64,000 bases of DNA from Eledone cirrhosa. Taxonomy: Eukaryota. Positions 25,946 to 41,743 of the stretch are shown piece by piece. The position numbers and the translations under genes were made by a program. Location: the NCBI GenBank assembly GCA_964016885.1, contig OZ024740.1:71052001-71116000 (forward strand), read 5' to 3'. Every line of letters begins with the position of its first letter. The stretch's first letter is position 1. The notes beneath the pieces were generated by a model. It saw only the letters and a program-made list of their open reading frames with translations, was not told the DNA's origin and ran no database searches.

Positions 25946-28793
25946 CTGATCACCTATAGATCCGGGGAACACACAAGCCAGGTAGATTATATCCTTACCA
26001 GAAGACGTGACAGAGTGTCTGTTGTAAACACTAAATCCCTCCCCCATGAAGAATGCACCTCCCAACATAGACTGATAATTAGCGACCTCATAGTCAGGAC
26101 GAGACGTACTCGACAGCAGAAGAGGACTATCCTCAGGAGAAAAATATGGAAGCTAAAGGACCCCACAGCCAGGAATAAATTTCAAAGCATATTACTTGAT
26201 GCTTTCGACAGTAAGGAAGAACATTTAGAGTCGGACAATATAGAGGGAGAGTGGGAATTTCTGAAAGCAAACCTGCTGTTGGCGACAGACGAAGTCTGTG
26301 GCTGGAGCAGGCCTGTAGGCAGGAGGAGAGTAACATGGTGGTGGAACAGTAAGGTGGAGGGGTCAATTAAGGCCAAAAAGCAGGCTTGGAAAGTATGGCG
26401 GGATGGGGGAAGTAGAGAAGACTATCAAGTGGCCAGGAGGGAAGCTAGGAGACAAGTGTACTTAGCAAGAAGGGAAGCTGAGGAAAGAAAGTTCAAGCAT
26501 GTTCTACAACGCGATGACCAAAAATGTGAGGTGTTCAGGATTGCTAGGCAATGCGTCAAGGAAAACCGTGATATTGTCGGGGAGAAGTGTGTACTAAACG
26601 ATGATGGCACACTTGCCATCACCGACGCTGATAAGAAGGTAGCTTGGAAGTGTCACTATGAAAGGCTACTAAATGAGGAGAATAAATGGGAGAAAGACAG
26701 TCTCCCCCATATCGACCCAATAGAGGGACCAGCAGTGTTAGTCGAGGGTAGTATAATAAGTAAGGCAATCAAGGATATGAAGACGGGTAAGGCGGCTGGG
26801 CCTTCGGAAATAGTTGCTGAGATGCTGAAGGCATCTGGCATGGTGGGACACACCATGGTCACCCGCATAGTTAACCAAGTCGTACAGAATGGGGTTCCGA
26901 AGGACTGGCATAGCAGCATCATCGTTAACTGTTATAAGGGTAAAGGAGACGCCCTAGATAGGAGTAACTATAGAGGCATTAAATTAATCGACCAGGTCAT
27001 GAAGGTCACGGAAAAAGTAATAGCACAACTAATCAGAGAGAGAATTGACCTAGATGAAATGCAGTTCGGGTTTGTGTCAGGCAAAAGTACCACAGACGCT
27101 CTTTTCATTGTACGACAACTACAGGAGAAGTACCTAGCTAAAGGTAAACCCCTCTACTTAGCTTTTGTCGACTTGGAGAAAGCCTTCGACAGAGTCCCCC
27201 GCTCCATTATCTGGTGGGCTCTTAGAAAACTAGGCGTTGACGAATGGCTTGTGAGAGCTATACAAGCCATGTATAAAGAAACAGTCAGCAAGGTTAGAAT
27301 TAACAACGAATATAGTGAAGAGTTTAGCGTAAAAGTTGGCGTCCATCAGGGCTCTGTTCTCAGCCCCCTACTATTTATTATTGCCCTTCAGGCTATAACA
27401 GAGGAGTTCAAGACCGGCTGCCCATGGGAACTCCTATACGCAGACGACCTGACACTCATAGCGGAATCAATGGCCGAGCTAGAGAAGAAATTCCAAACAT
27501 GGAAGCACGGCCTAGAATCAAAAGGCCTTAAAATTAACCTGGCTAAGACTAAAGTTCTAGTTTGTAGGAAAGAAAATAAGGCGGCGGTCCCTTCTGGGAA
27601 ATGGTCGTGCTCGGTGTGTAGGAAAGGCGTAGGTAGAAACTCCATTTTATGTCCTAAATGCAAAGTATGGGTGCATAAAAGATGTAGTGGGATCACAGGT
27701 AAGCTAACTAAGATCATAGATTTTACATGTGGCCGGTGCTCTGGTGCAATAAGTAGCAGCAAGTGCCCACAAAATACTAGCTCTTTCAATTGCGCAGAGG
27801 GTTCTATAGAAATAGTGGACAGTTTCCGTTACCTGGGTGATAAAATCAGCAGTGGGGGAGGGTGCTCTGAAAGTACAGTAGCTAGAGTCAGAACTGGTTG
27901 GAAAAAGTTCAGAGAGCTTATACCACTATTAGCTGCTAAAGGGTTCTCCCTAAAAATGAAAGGCAGGTTGTACGATGCCTGCATACGAACAGCAATGTTG
28001 CATGGCAGTGAGACCTGGGCATTGTGTGCAGAGGATATACGCAGACTAGAGAGGAACGAAGCTTGCATGCTCCGCTGGATGTGTAATAGTAATATACGTG
28101 AACGGCAAAGCATAAACGAACTAAGGAAAAAATTAGAAATAAGAGGGATCAGATGTTGTTTACTCGAGAGAAGGCTACGTTGGTATGGACACGTGATGCG
28201 CATGAAAGTCGATAGCTGTATAACAAAGTGCAGGGCAATAAAGATAGACGGTAGCCACGGAATAGGCAGACCTAGAAAAACCTGGGACGAGCTGATAAAC
28301 TCCGACCTCACACACTTACACCTCTCCAAGACAATGTCACTGGACCGAGACCTTTGGCGGTACTCAGTAACAGAGAAGACCCGCCTTACCTAAATACATA
28401 GTAAAACCTACTACAGCCAGTAGGCATCTCTAACAAAATAACCCCACCCCCACCCCCGTCCCACCACCCCCACCCCATCCACACCACCGCGTTCTATGTA
28501 AAGTTATGTTGGTGCCACACCATCCAGGCCGAAACAAATGAGATCGTGTAGGTGTCACGACAAAAAAACACACAGTCCACGCTGTAATGTGGCCGTGTAG
28601 GCAACACGGTAAAAACCTCCCAGACCCACACTGTAAATGTGGTTGGTGTTAGGAAGGGCATCCAACTGTAGAAAACCTGCCAGACAGTCCTATGCGAGCA
28701 AGACAATCACTCTTGCCTCAAGTGGGACTACCCCCGTCCAAACCCATGCAAGCGTGGAACACGGACGTTAAACGTTGATGATGATGATGATGA
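25942..28793 (+). mobile_element. RTE LINE family A, 5'-truncated in the APE domain; reading frame open to 28393
   Basis: SQVDYIL and SQHRLI (APE C-terminus), RT motifs, C4HC3 insert, GRPRKTW, 3' UTR and (GAT)n; flanked by (TA)n. Confidence 0.96.
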
Positions 28794-28802
28794 TATATAT
28801 AT

Positions 28803-29196
28803 GGAGGCACATGGCTTAGTGGTTAGAGCATTGCCCTTGCAATCGAAAGGTTGTGAGTTCAATTCTCAGGACCGGGTGATGTGTTGTTTCCTTGAGCAAG
28901 ACACTTTATTTCACATTGCTCCAGTTCACTCAGCTGTAGAAATGAGATGATAGGGACTGGGGTCCCTATCATTCCATTGCAAAGTGGTCATGGAGGTGCC
29001 ACAGCAAAAAAGCACCCAGCCCACACTGTAAAGTGGACGTGTAGGCGCCACGGAAAAAAAGCACCCAGCACTCACTGTAAATGAGGTTGGTGTTAGGAAG
29101 GGCATCCAGCTGTAGAAATCAAGCCAGAATCAGTTCCCATCCCACCCTTGCAAGCAGGGAAAAGCAGACGTAAAATGAAATGATGATGAGGATGAT
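28803..29196 (+). mobile_element. tRNA-derived CORE-like SINE (family 2) with an RTE-derived tail
   Basis: A box TGGCTTAGTGG, B box GAGTTCAATTCT, CORE-like CCTTGAGCAAGACACTT; the tail matches RTE 3' ends in this window. Confidence 0.8.
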
Positions 29197-29504
29197 ATGT
29201 GTGTGTGTGTGTGTGTATGCATATACTGCAAGATGTCACTCACTTCAAGACCACCTCATGCCTTGGTGCTTGCTGTCCCATGGTAGTATGACTACCATTC
29301 TTCAGCAAACAAGATGCAGCTCTCTCTCCCAGCCTGGCCTAGAACACAACTAATGTCCTAGTGAGGTAGTGTTGGTCTCATGATAAAATGCTTCCAGTAA
29401 ATACTGTAAAGCAGTAGTTCTGATGCCACAATAAAAAGCACCCAATCCACTCTGTAAATCAAGGGTATCCAACTGTGAAAATATATGATATTTTCTAAAC
29501 TATA

Positions 29505-29650
29505 CAGTGACTGATCGGCCTGATTTGCATATTAGCACACTGCCTGGTCAGTCAGATCTGCATATTAGCAGACGCACTGATCAGCCAGATTTGCATATCA
29601 GCAGATAGGCGAGTCAGTTTGCTGATATGCAAATCTGGCTGATCAGTTAT
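29505..29650. repeat. Small direct-plus-inverted repeat cassette with octamer motifs
   Basis: CTGATCAGCCAGATTTGCATATCAGCA / TGCTGATATGCAAATCTGGCTGATCAG, plus two upstream degenerate direct copies. Confidence 0.7.
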
Positions 29651-29732
29651 ATATATATACTTGTGTATAATTCACAACTCTGTTTTACATACAGGATAGA
29701 CTAGGTGCTTTTGTCATGGCACCAGCACCACC

Positions 29733-29835
29733 AGTATATTACTGGTACTTTATTTTATCGACCCCGTAAGGATGAAAGGCAAAGTTAACCTCGGCGGGAT
29801 TTGAACTCAGAATGGCAAGGGCTGTAACTCAATGC
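29733..29835 (-). mobile_element. SINE family 1 partial copy
   Basis: Reverse complement of the SINE body. Confidence 0.75.
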
Positions 29836-30174
29836 GTCAGATTTATATATATAATAGTAGGCATACAGGTCTTATATTCATATATATATATATGTGCATG
29901 TGTGTAAACATGGTTGGTGTTTGGAAGGGCATCCAGCTGTAAAGATCCCAGCCAAAATACTGTTCTGTCTGGACAAGGTATGGAGCAGCCAGCTGACCAG
30001 ACCTGTCTCATGACATGGATGACTTGTCTAATCAATGCAAGCATGGAAAAATAGACATTAAACGGTGATGATGATGATGATAATGATATATATATACAAA
30101 CATGCATGTACATTTGTATATTTATATGCATAAATATGTACTAACTTGCAATTTATATATATATACGTTTGTGA

Positions 30175-30854
30175 GTAGTTGTGTGTTTAAATGAATTTAA
30201 TGCAGGCACAGGTGTGCATTCCACTGCTTGCATTTATATAATTTACTCATTCATATCTGTATGTGAACACATGTGCATGAATGCATGTGCATATATACAT
30301 GCTTTAATGCATGCATGTGCTTGTACATATATGCATGTGTATGAGAGTACATAAAATAGCATGTGTGTTTAAATGTATGCATGCATATGTGTACATGTAT
30401 GAATGCATGCACATATATACATATGTATGCATGTAGGAGTATGCATGTGTAGCCACATACTATGTATGAGTTCCCCTGACATTTTGTTTTAGGAAGCTTA
30501 AAACTATGTCAACTATAGAATGTATGCCAGACTAAATACTCATTATATATATATGTGTGTGTATTAGTGTGTAGTTCTGTTATTGAATGCATTTAAGACA
30601 GGTGTAAGTGTACTTCCCGATGCTTGCATATATATAATCTACTAATGCATTTTTTGTGTGTGAATGCATGCATGTGCATATATACATGTGTATGTGTGTG
30701 TGTAGCCACATAACTATGCTTTTGTTGCATTGATATTTTGTTTCATGAAGCTTAAATCTATGTCAACAATTGTAATGCCACACTAAATACTTCAAAAATA
30801 TATGTGTCTGTATGTATATATATATATACATATACATATATATGTGTCTGTATG

Positions 30855-30890
<36 letters not shown>

Positions 30891-31410
30891 TATACATATA
30901 TATATACACACACACACACATATATATATATATCGTCATCATCGTTTTTACATGTATATGTATATATGCAATATGTTAGTATATATTTATGTAGTAATAT
31001 ATACAGGACGTATATTGACAAGCATGTACTTTCATATATATATGTGTGTGTTAGTGTGTAGTTATGTGGTTGAATGCATTTAGGACAAGGTAATTACGCA
31101 TTCCCATGCTTGCATATATAAAATTTACTCATGTATATTTATGTGTGAATGCATGCACATGAATGCATGTTCATATATACATGTATTAATACATTTATAT
31201 ATAAGCATGTGCATGAATGCATGCACATGTATGTCTCAGTGTAAGAATGCATGCACATATATACATCCGCATGTATGCATGTGTAAGTGTATGCATATAC
31301 AATAATGCATGGGAGTATGTGTAGCCACATAACTATGTATGTGGTGCACTGACATTCTAATTCACGGAAGATATATCTGTGTCAACAATACTAATACCAG
31401 ACTAAATTTT
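30175..31410. repeat. Three degenerate copies of an ATGCAT-rich unit
   Basis: GTGTAGCCACATA..TATG...GACATT...GAAG..TATGTCAAC...CCAGACTAAAT recurs near 30450, 30700 and 31320. Confidence 0.6.
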
Positions 31411-31903
31411 CATTGGTACTTCCTATATATTTTGCTTTTAAATCCCGTCACTGTCTATTTTGCCTTATAAACCTCCTTTCCTCCGAACTCCTTCATAATC
31501 TAAATAGCAGTCATCTAGTGGATGGATTCAATAGACTATAAACAACACCCTATCTTCCCTTCACTTCAAATATTTAGCCTTGTCCCAATTATAGGCAGGA
31601 AAACAGAAATATTAATAAAAATGAAATTCTTTGTAATTCTAGTATTAATAAGGGAGTGAATTGGCAGTCATTAGAGTGTGGGATTAAATCTCGCATCATA
31701 TTATTTCTGGTTCTTTGAATGATGTGTTCAAATCTCAACCAAGATCAACTATGTCTTTTATCCCTTTAAAGTCAATAAATAAATTGCTCCAAAGATAATG
31801 GACTGGTGGAATTGCTAGAGAATTGGCTGTAGTGCCTTACATCATCTCTTTCAACACTTTGCATACTGAATTTCCCTGCAACATTACTGGTATCAAGCTG
31901 TAT

Positions 31904-32172
31904 TGGTCCTACCTTTTCCTTGGATGACACCAATGTCAGTGGTATGGAGAGGGGTGACATGGTCCCTACCTTTTCCTTGGATGACACCAATGTCAGTGGT
32001 ATGGAGAGGGGTGATATAGTCCCTACCTTTTCCTTGGATGACACCAGTGTCAGTGGTATGGAGAGGGGTGACATGGTCCCTACCTTTTCCTTGGATGACA
32101 TCAGGGATATGGAGAGGGGTGACATGGTCCCTACCTTTCCCTTGGGTGACATCAGGGATATGGAGAGAGGAG
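31904..32172. repeat. Minisatellite: three 60-bp units then shorter 51-bp variants
   Basis: GGTCCCTACCTTTTCCTTGGATGACACCAATGTCAGTGGTATGGAGAGGGGTGACAT repeated. Confidence 0.9.
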
Positions 32173-34276
32173 ACTTACATACATGTGTAACTGCTGGTTT
32201 TCCCCAAAAAAAAAAATTCTTCTAGCTGACATCTTACCTGGTGCAGTTTCATAGTTTCACAAGCCATATAGAGGCCCCAGATCAGACTAGTATTAATATT
32301 GACTTTTGTGTAATAAAGAACTGAGGGACTAATTAGCCCCAAGCCAACCATGATTGTGCAAAACTTTGATCAAAGAACATTTAAATATACTGTATCTGTA
32401 ACTACATTATTCAATGTGTCCTCCCATTTTTAAAGCAATCAGTTTTATTTTAGGGAACACTTTGCTGCTATTTCTAGTAAGTCAAGCAGCCGCATAGAAG
32501 ATTCCCTGTCATATTTATATATAATATAATAATGAAATTATTGTGTACAGTGCTCAGTACAGTGCTATGTATAGTACATAGAATAATGTACAAATGTCAG
32601 GAAAGTGAACAGTGTATGAGTCATGATATACACACAGATACATGCATGTGTGTGTATGGAGGAGGGATATCAGGTGTAGCCTTATATTGAAATGGACTTA
32701 TATTTAAGTATATGCTGATGTTTTTGGGTGACAGACTTAATCTGTTACCAACCCACCCCAAACCAGCTCTGGTTCTATGAAACAAAGCAGTTGATTTTAG
32801 AGGGTTCCTATTTAAATAAAAGCCATATATGAACCATATAATGTTACTATCTTGATGAAATAATTGATAATTTTAGTAAAACACTAAAAATTTATAATTA
32901 ATTAATTGAAATATAATGTATGTATTTCATTAGGAATATACAGTCAAGAAAGAGTTAATTGGTATAACACCACTACCTAGCCCTGGATACTTTTATCTGA
33001 AAATAACTTCGTCCCTTCCCCTCACTAGTTTTCGAGGCCCTAGATATTGTCTTAGCCACTGTTTTTCTTCCTCCAATTAAAAATAAATGATTAAACCATG
33101 ACCTTCTCGTTTCTTTTTTGGTCCCTTTTTAATCAATGCAGCCCTCTTTATTTAAGAAAATAGAGTGTGATTTAATGGATATTTGGTTGCTATTTCTAGC
33201 AAATCCAGTGATCATGTAGAGATATCCTCATTGTTACATTCTTTTCTTTATTTAAGATGGTGGTGTGACCTGCTAAATATGGTGGATATCTATATATTAC
33301 TAAAATTTTGTGATTGCTTGCTTGCTTGTATGTAATGAAATACAGCCAAAAGGATGCATAATGGAAAAATACTTTGAAAGGAAGTTGCCCTGAAATGGGA
33401 ATACAAATGGAATAAAACAAGTTTCGCGTAAATCGAGGCACTGGTTCCTGAGATATGGGGTTTTCTGGGTACCGTCATAAACAAAGAGAGAGAAGGGTAG
33501 AGAGAAAGAGATAGTGATTGTGAGAGAGTAGATTGAAAGAGAGACATAGAGAGAGAGGGAGGAGACAGAAGGAGAATAGAAGCGAGAGAGCTGGTGGTGT
33601 TGTTGTGTATATATATATGTGAGTGTGTGTATGTATATGTGTGTATATGTGTGTGTGCCTATGACCAGTGTATATAGATCACAGACACCCACATATATAT
33701 ATGTATATATACACACACATTTATATATATATACATACACACACATATATATGGGCCTTCCAGTTTCATTTCACATTATATACATGTCTGTGTATATTTT
33801 AATTATTTAAAAATTATTTTTAAGTGAACATGATTTTTTTAAATATTTTGATGTGAACGTGACCCAACGTGTCATGGGTGGTCTAGTTCTTAATAAAAAT
33901 TACTTTTAATATTTATTATTTCATTCTATATCAGCACGGGGAATTGCTCAAACTAATGTTAAGGTTTTGTTCTCAAAATAAATACTTTCAAAATCTCATA
34001 GATTCAATATTATGTGAGATAATTATGCGAGGTAAAGCCTTTACCATGAAAATATAATAGAATATATAGAGTAATGTGAAGGCTAAAGGGTTAAGCTTTG
34101 CCTTTCATCCTTACAGGGTCAATAAAATAAAATACCATTAATGCACTGGAGTCAATTTAATCTACCCCACCCCCCAAAAAAGATTTGTTGTCCTTGTGCC
34201 TAAATCAGAAACCTTTATTTCTTTCTGTTATAAAGATTAATTTTTCAACCTTTTAATCTCTTTTCTCTTCTACCAG

Positions 34277-34342
34277 TACCTAGAGAAGCGATTTTCAAGT
34301 TGGTTTCGTTTGATTGGAGCCGGAATCTTTTGTATTCTTCAG
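34277..34342 (+). CDS. SLC5 symporter coding exon 2 (66 bp)
   Basis: Polypyrimidine tract then CAG|YLEKRFSSWFRLIGAGIFCILQ|GTATAT. YLExRF is the SLC5 hallmark and the phase matches exon 1. Confidence 0.9.
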
Positions 34343-34366
34343 GTATATATATTTATTTAATATTTA

Positions 34367-34399
<33 letters not shown>

Positions 34400-35066
34400 C
34401 ATCATTTAACATGCACGTTCCCTGCTAAAAATGCCTGTATATAATTTTTAAAGCTTTATATATTTTTTTATTTTTTTTATAGCTTTCACACCTGTTTAAT
34501 CCTGACTTAAATTTTTTCTTTCAAATTGAATACGCCCTTTACATACCTAAACACAAATACACACGCACACACACACACACGCACACACACACACATGTAT
34601 TCACAACCTTCACCTTACTCTTTCTCATTCACTCTATGTTTCTCTTTCTCTTCTCTAACTTCTCTACTTCCACTGTTTTGTTTCTATTGTTGCTCTTCTG
34701 AATTATCACATATTTCTACTTATTACATCTGTTAAGTTTTACTTGGGCTGTCAATTTCTCATCTACTCCTCCATCATAATCATCATCATCATCATCATCA
34801 TCATTGTTTTTACAGCCAATTTTTTTTATGCTTGAATTGGTTGGAAGAAACTGTTTGAAGTATTTTTTCCATTGGTTGAATGCTCTTGACATTAGCCCAT
34901 ACTTTATTTTAAGTATAACATACACCACTGTCATTTATCAAACAGCTACACTGCAGGATGTATTGTTTAGTGTGGGGGGGGGGGGGGGGGTCACACCTGC
35001 TTTTAAACTGTTGATATAAAAACTTGACTCACATATCACTCACACATGTATGCATGTATATATATA

Positions 35067-35355
35067 TCATCATCATCATCATCATCATTTTTACGTTCGC
35101 TTTTCCCTGCTTGCAAGGGTGGGACGGGAACTGATTCTGGCTTGATTTCTACAGCTGGATGCCCTTCCTAACACCAACCTCATTTACAGTGAGTACTGGG
35201 TGCTTTTTTGCCGTGGCACCTCCACGACCACTTTGCAGTGGAATGATATGGACCCCAGTCTCTATCATCTCATTTCTACAGCTGAGTAAACTGGAGCAAT
35301 GTGAAATAAAGTGTCTTGCTCAAGGAAACAACACATCACCCGGTCTGAGAATTGA
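35067..35355 (-). mobile_element. SINE family 2 copy (head missing)
   Basis: Reverse complement of about 28870-29196. Confidence 0.8.
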
Positions 35356-35383
35356 TGTGTTGTTTCCTTGAGCAAAACAAAGA

Positions 35384-35575
35384 GGGTGTGGTAAAATACC
35401 AGGTGGACCATAACGTACCAGAGTACTCAATACTTAGGGTAGTAGAGTGGGTAATATGAAAAGAGTCAGGACCCCGCCGGCTAGCTCCGGCCATTTTGAC
35501 AGCTAGATCAGTTTGGATCTCGCTGTCAAAACAGCTGAGGCTGCTCAGCTGTCGGGGTCTTGACTCTTTCCATAT
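35384..35575. repeat. Hairpin-terminated repeat related to 36827-37031 (opposite orientation)
   Basis: AAGAGTCAGGACCCCG...CGGGGTCTTGACTCTT; its unique arm is the reverse complement of about 36952-37025. Confidence 0.7.
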
Positions 35576-35886
35576 ATATATATATATAATTCATAGGGAT
35601 ATATGTATATATTTAGACATAGTCTAAATCATATATGAGTGTCGCTACCTTTCACGGTGTGGCTCAATGAAAGATTTAATTACGCAAATAATTATTAATC
35701 AGAGCTATATATAAAATTGCAAGTTTCAAGAATTATTAGATAAAATATACCCAGTCATTCTTCACCCTAGTCCGTGAAATCAACCAGATAAATAATCATT
35801 TAAACGGGGCTATAAGTTTAAAATGTAACTAAATATATATATACATATACATTATCATCATCATCATCATCATCGTTTAACGCCCA

Positions 35887-35933
<47 letters not shown>

Positions 35934-36056
35934 CATATATATATACAGTATTTTCCGTTGTGTTGTAATATAAATATTACACACAGTAGATTGACAGCTC
36001 ACGTAGAGTTTGCTCGACGGTTCCAGTTGTAGTTCCAAAAGTAATCCGGAGAAAAA

Positions 36057-39642
<3,586 letters not shown>

Positions 39643-39732
39643 CATATATATATACACATATATATATCTAAAGACATTTTTTTTTCAATTCCATCCCGCC
39701 CGTCCCCTCAATCTATCTTATTTATCATTCTT

Positions 39733-39768
39733 TCTTCTGATGAACCTCTAGCGTCCGAAACGTTAAGA
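39733..39768 (+). ncRNA. Degenerate minimal hammerhead ribozyme
   Basis: UCUU-CUGAUGA-accucuagcgucc-GAAA-CG-UU-AAGA: core, 4-bp stem I and palindromic ACGU stem III are present; stem II pairs poorly. Confidence 0.55.
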
Positions 39769-39852
39769 CCCTCTTCCTGCTATATCAAGCGTTAACCTAA
39801 TATATCCCTTCCATATACTGTACCGATTGTGTTGTTATTTCTGTTTACCTTT

Positions 39853-39937
<85 letters not shown>

Positions 39938-39951
39938 ATATATACATATGC

Positions 39952-40008
<57 letters not shown>

Positions 40009-40047
40009 GTATATATATATGTATATATATATGTATATATATGTATA

Positions 40048-40089
<42 letters not shown>

Positions 40090-40092
40090 TAT

Positions 40093-41300
40093 ATCATCAT
40101 CATCATCATCATCATCTTCGTTTAATGTCCATTTTCCACGCTAGCATGGGGTAAACGGGAGTTGTCCCACTTGAGGCAAGGTTGGTCGGGTGACCATGTC
40201 TCGCTCATATAGGACTATCTGGCAGGTTTTCTACGGCTGGATGCCCTTCCTAACACCAACTACATTTACAGTGTGGAACTGGGAACTTTTTACCGTGTTA
40301 CCTACACAACCACATTACAGCGTGGACTGTGTGTGTTTTTTGTCGTGACACCTACACGATCTCGATCTCATTATCTCGCGCTGTTGGTGGGAGTGGGAGG
40401 ATAGGGTAGGGGTAGTGGATTGGGGTGTATATTTGGTTAAGAGGTGCCTACTGACTGTAAGTTTCGCTTTGTCCATAGGCAAGGCGGGTCTTCTGTATTA
40501 CTGTGTAGCACCAAAGATCTCAGTCCAGAGACATTGTCTTAGAGAGATGTAAGTGTGTAAGGTCGGAATTTATCAGATCATCCCAGGTTTTTCTGGGTCT
40601 ACCTACTCCGTAACTTCCATCAATTTTGATCGCCCTGCACTTTTTTATGCAGCTGTCGTCTTTCATGCGCATCACACGCAGGTCCTCTGCACGTAATGCC
40701 CATGACTCACTGCCATGTAGCATTGCTGTTCGTATGCAGGCATCATACAATCTGCCTTTCATTTTTACAGAGAAACCTTTTGTGGCCAACAGCGGTATAA
40801 GCTGAACTTTTTCCATCCCGTTCTGACTCTGGCTACTGTACTTTCAGAACAGCCTCCACCACTGCTGATTTTGTCACCCAGGTAACGGAAAGTGTCTACT
40901 ATTTCTATAAAACCATCTGGGCAATAGAAGGAGCTAGTATACTTTGGACACTTGCTACTTATTGCACCTGAGGATTGGCCACATATAAAGTCTACTTTCT
41001 TAGATAGTTTACCTGTGATCCCACTACATCTTTTATGTAGCCATACTTTACATTTGGGACATAAAATGGAATTTCTGCCTACTCCTTTCCTACACACTGA
41101 GCATGGCCATTTCCCTGTTTTCCTTTCTACAAACTAGAACTTTAGTCTTAGACAAGTTAACTTTAAGGCCTTTTGATTCTAGGCCATGCTTCCAAGTTTG
41201 GAATTTCTTCTCTAGTTCAGCCATTGATTCAGCTATGAGCGTTAGATCATCTGCGGATAGGAGTTCCCATGGGCAGCTGGTCTTGAACTCCTCTGTTATA
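40093..41300 (-). mobile_element. RTE LINE family A-like 3' portion with deletions
   Basis: RT C-terminus, PHD motif and UTR; TA tracts at both ends. Confidence 0.9.
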
Positions 41301-41353
41301 TATATATATATATTGGCTTTTTGCTATAATATTTTCTATACCTTTCATTTATA

Positions 41354-41685
41354 TCATCATCATCATCATTTTACGTCCGCTTTTCCCTGCTTGCAAGGGT
41401 GGGACGGGAACTGATTCTGGCTTGATTTCTACAGCTTGATGCCCTTCCTAACACCAACCTCATTTACAGTGAGTGCTTTTTTGCCGTGGCACCCCAACGA
41501 CCACTTTGCAGTGGAATGATAGGGACCCCAGTCCCTATCATCTCATTTCTACAGCTGAGTAAACTGGAGCAATGTGAAATAAAGTGTCTTACTCAAGGAT
41601 ACAACACATCACCCGGTCTAAGAATTGAACTCACAACCTTTCGATTGCAAGGCCAATGCTCTAACCACTAAGCCATGTGCCTCCA
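41354..41685 (-). mobile_element. SINE family 2 full copy
   Basis: Reverse complement of 28803-29196 with an internal deletion. Confidence 0.82.
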
Positions 41686-41703
41686 TTATATATATATATA
41701 TAT

Positions 41704-41740
<37 letters not shown>

Positions 41741-41743
<3 letters not shown>

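Noticed and set aside
31920-32225. Repetitive protein ORF
   Set aside because: Open only because the minisatellite units are multiples of 3; intronic, with no splice support.
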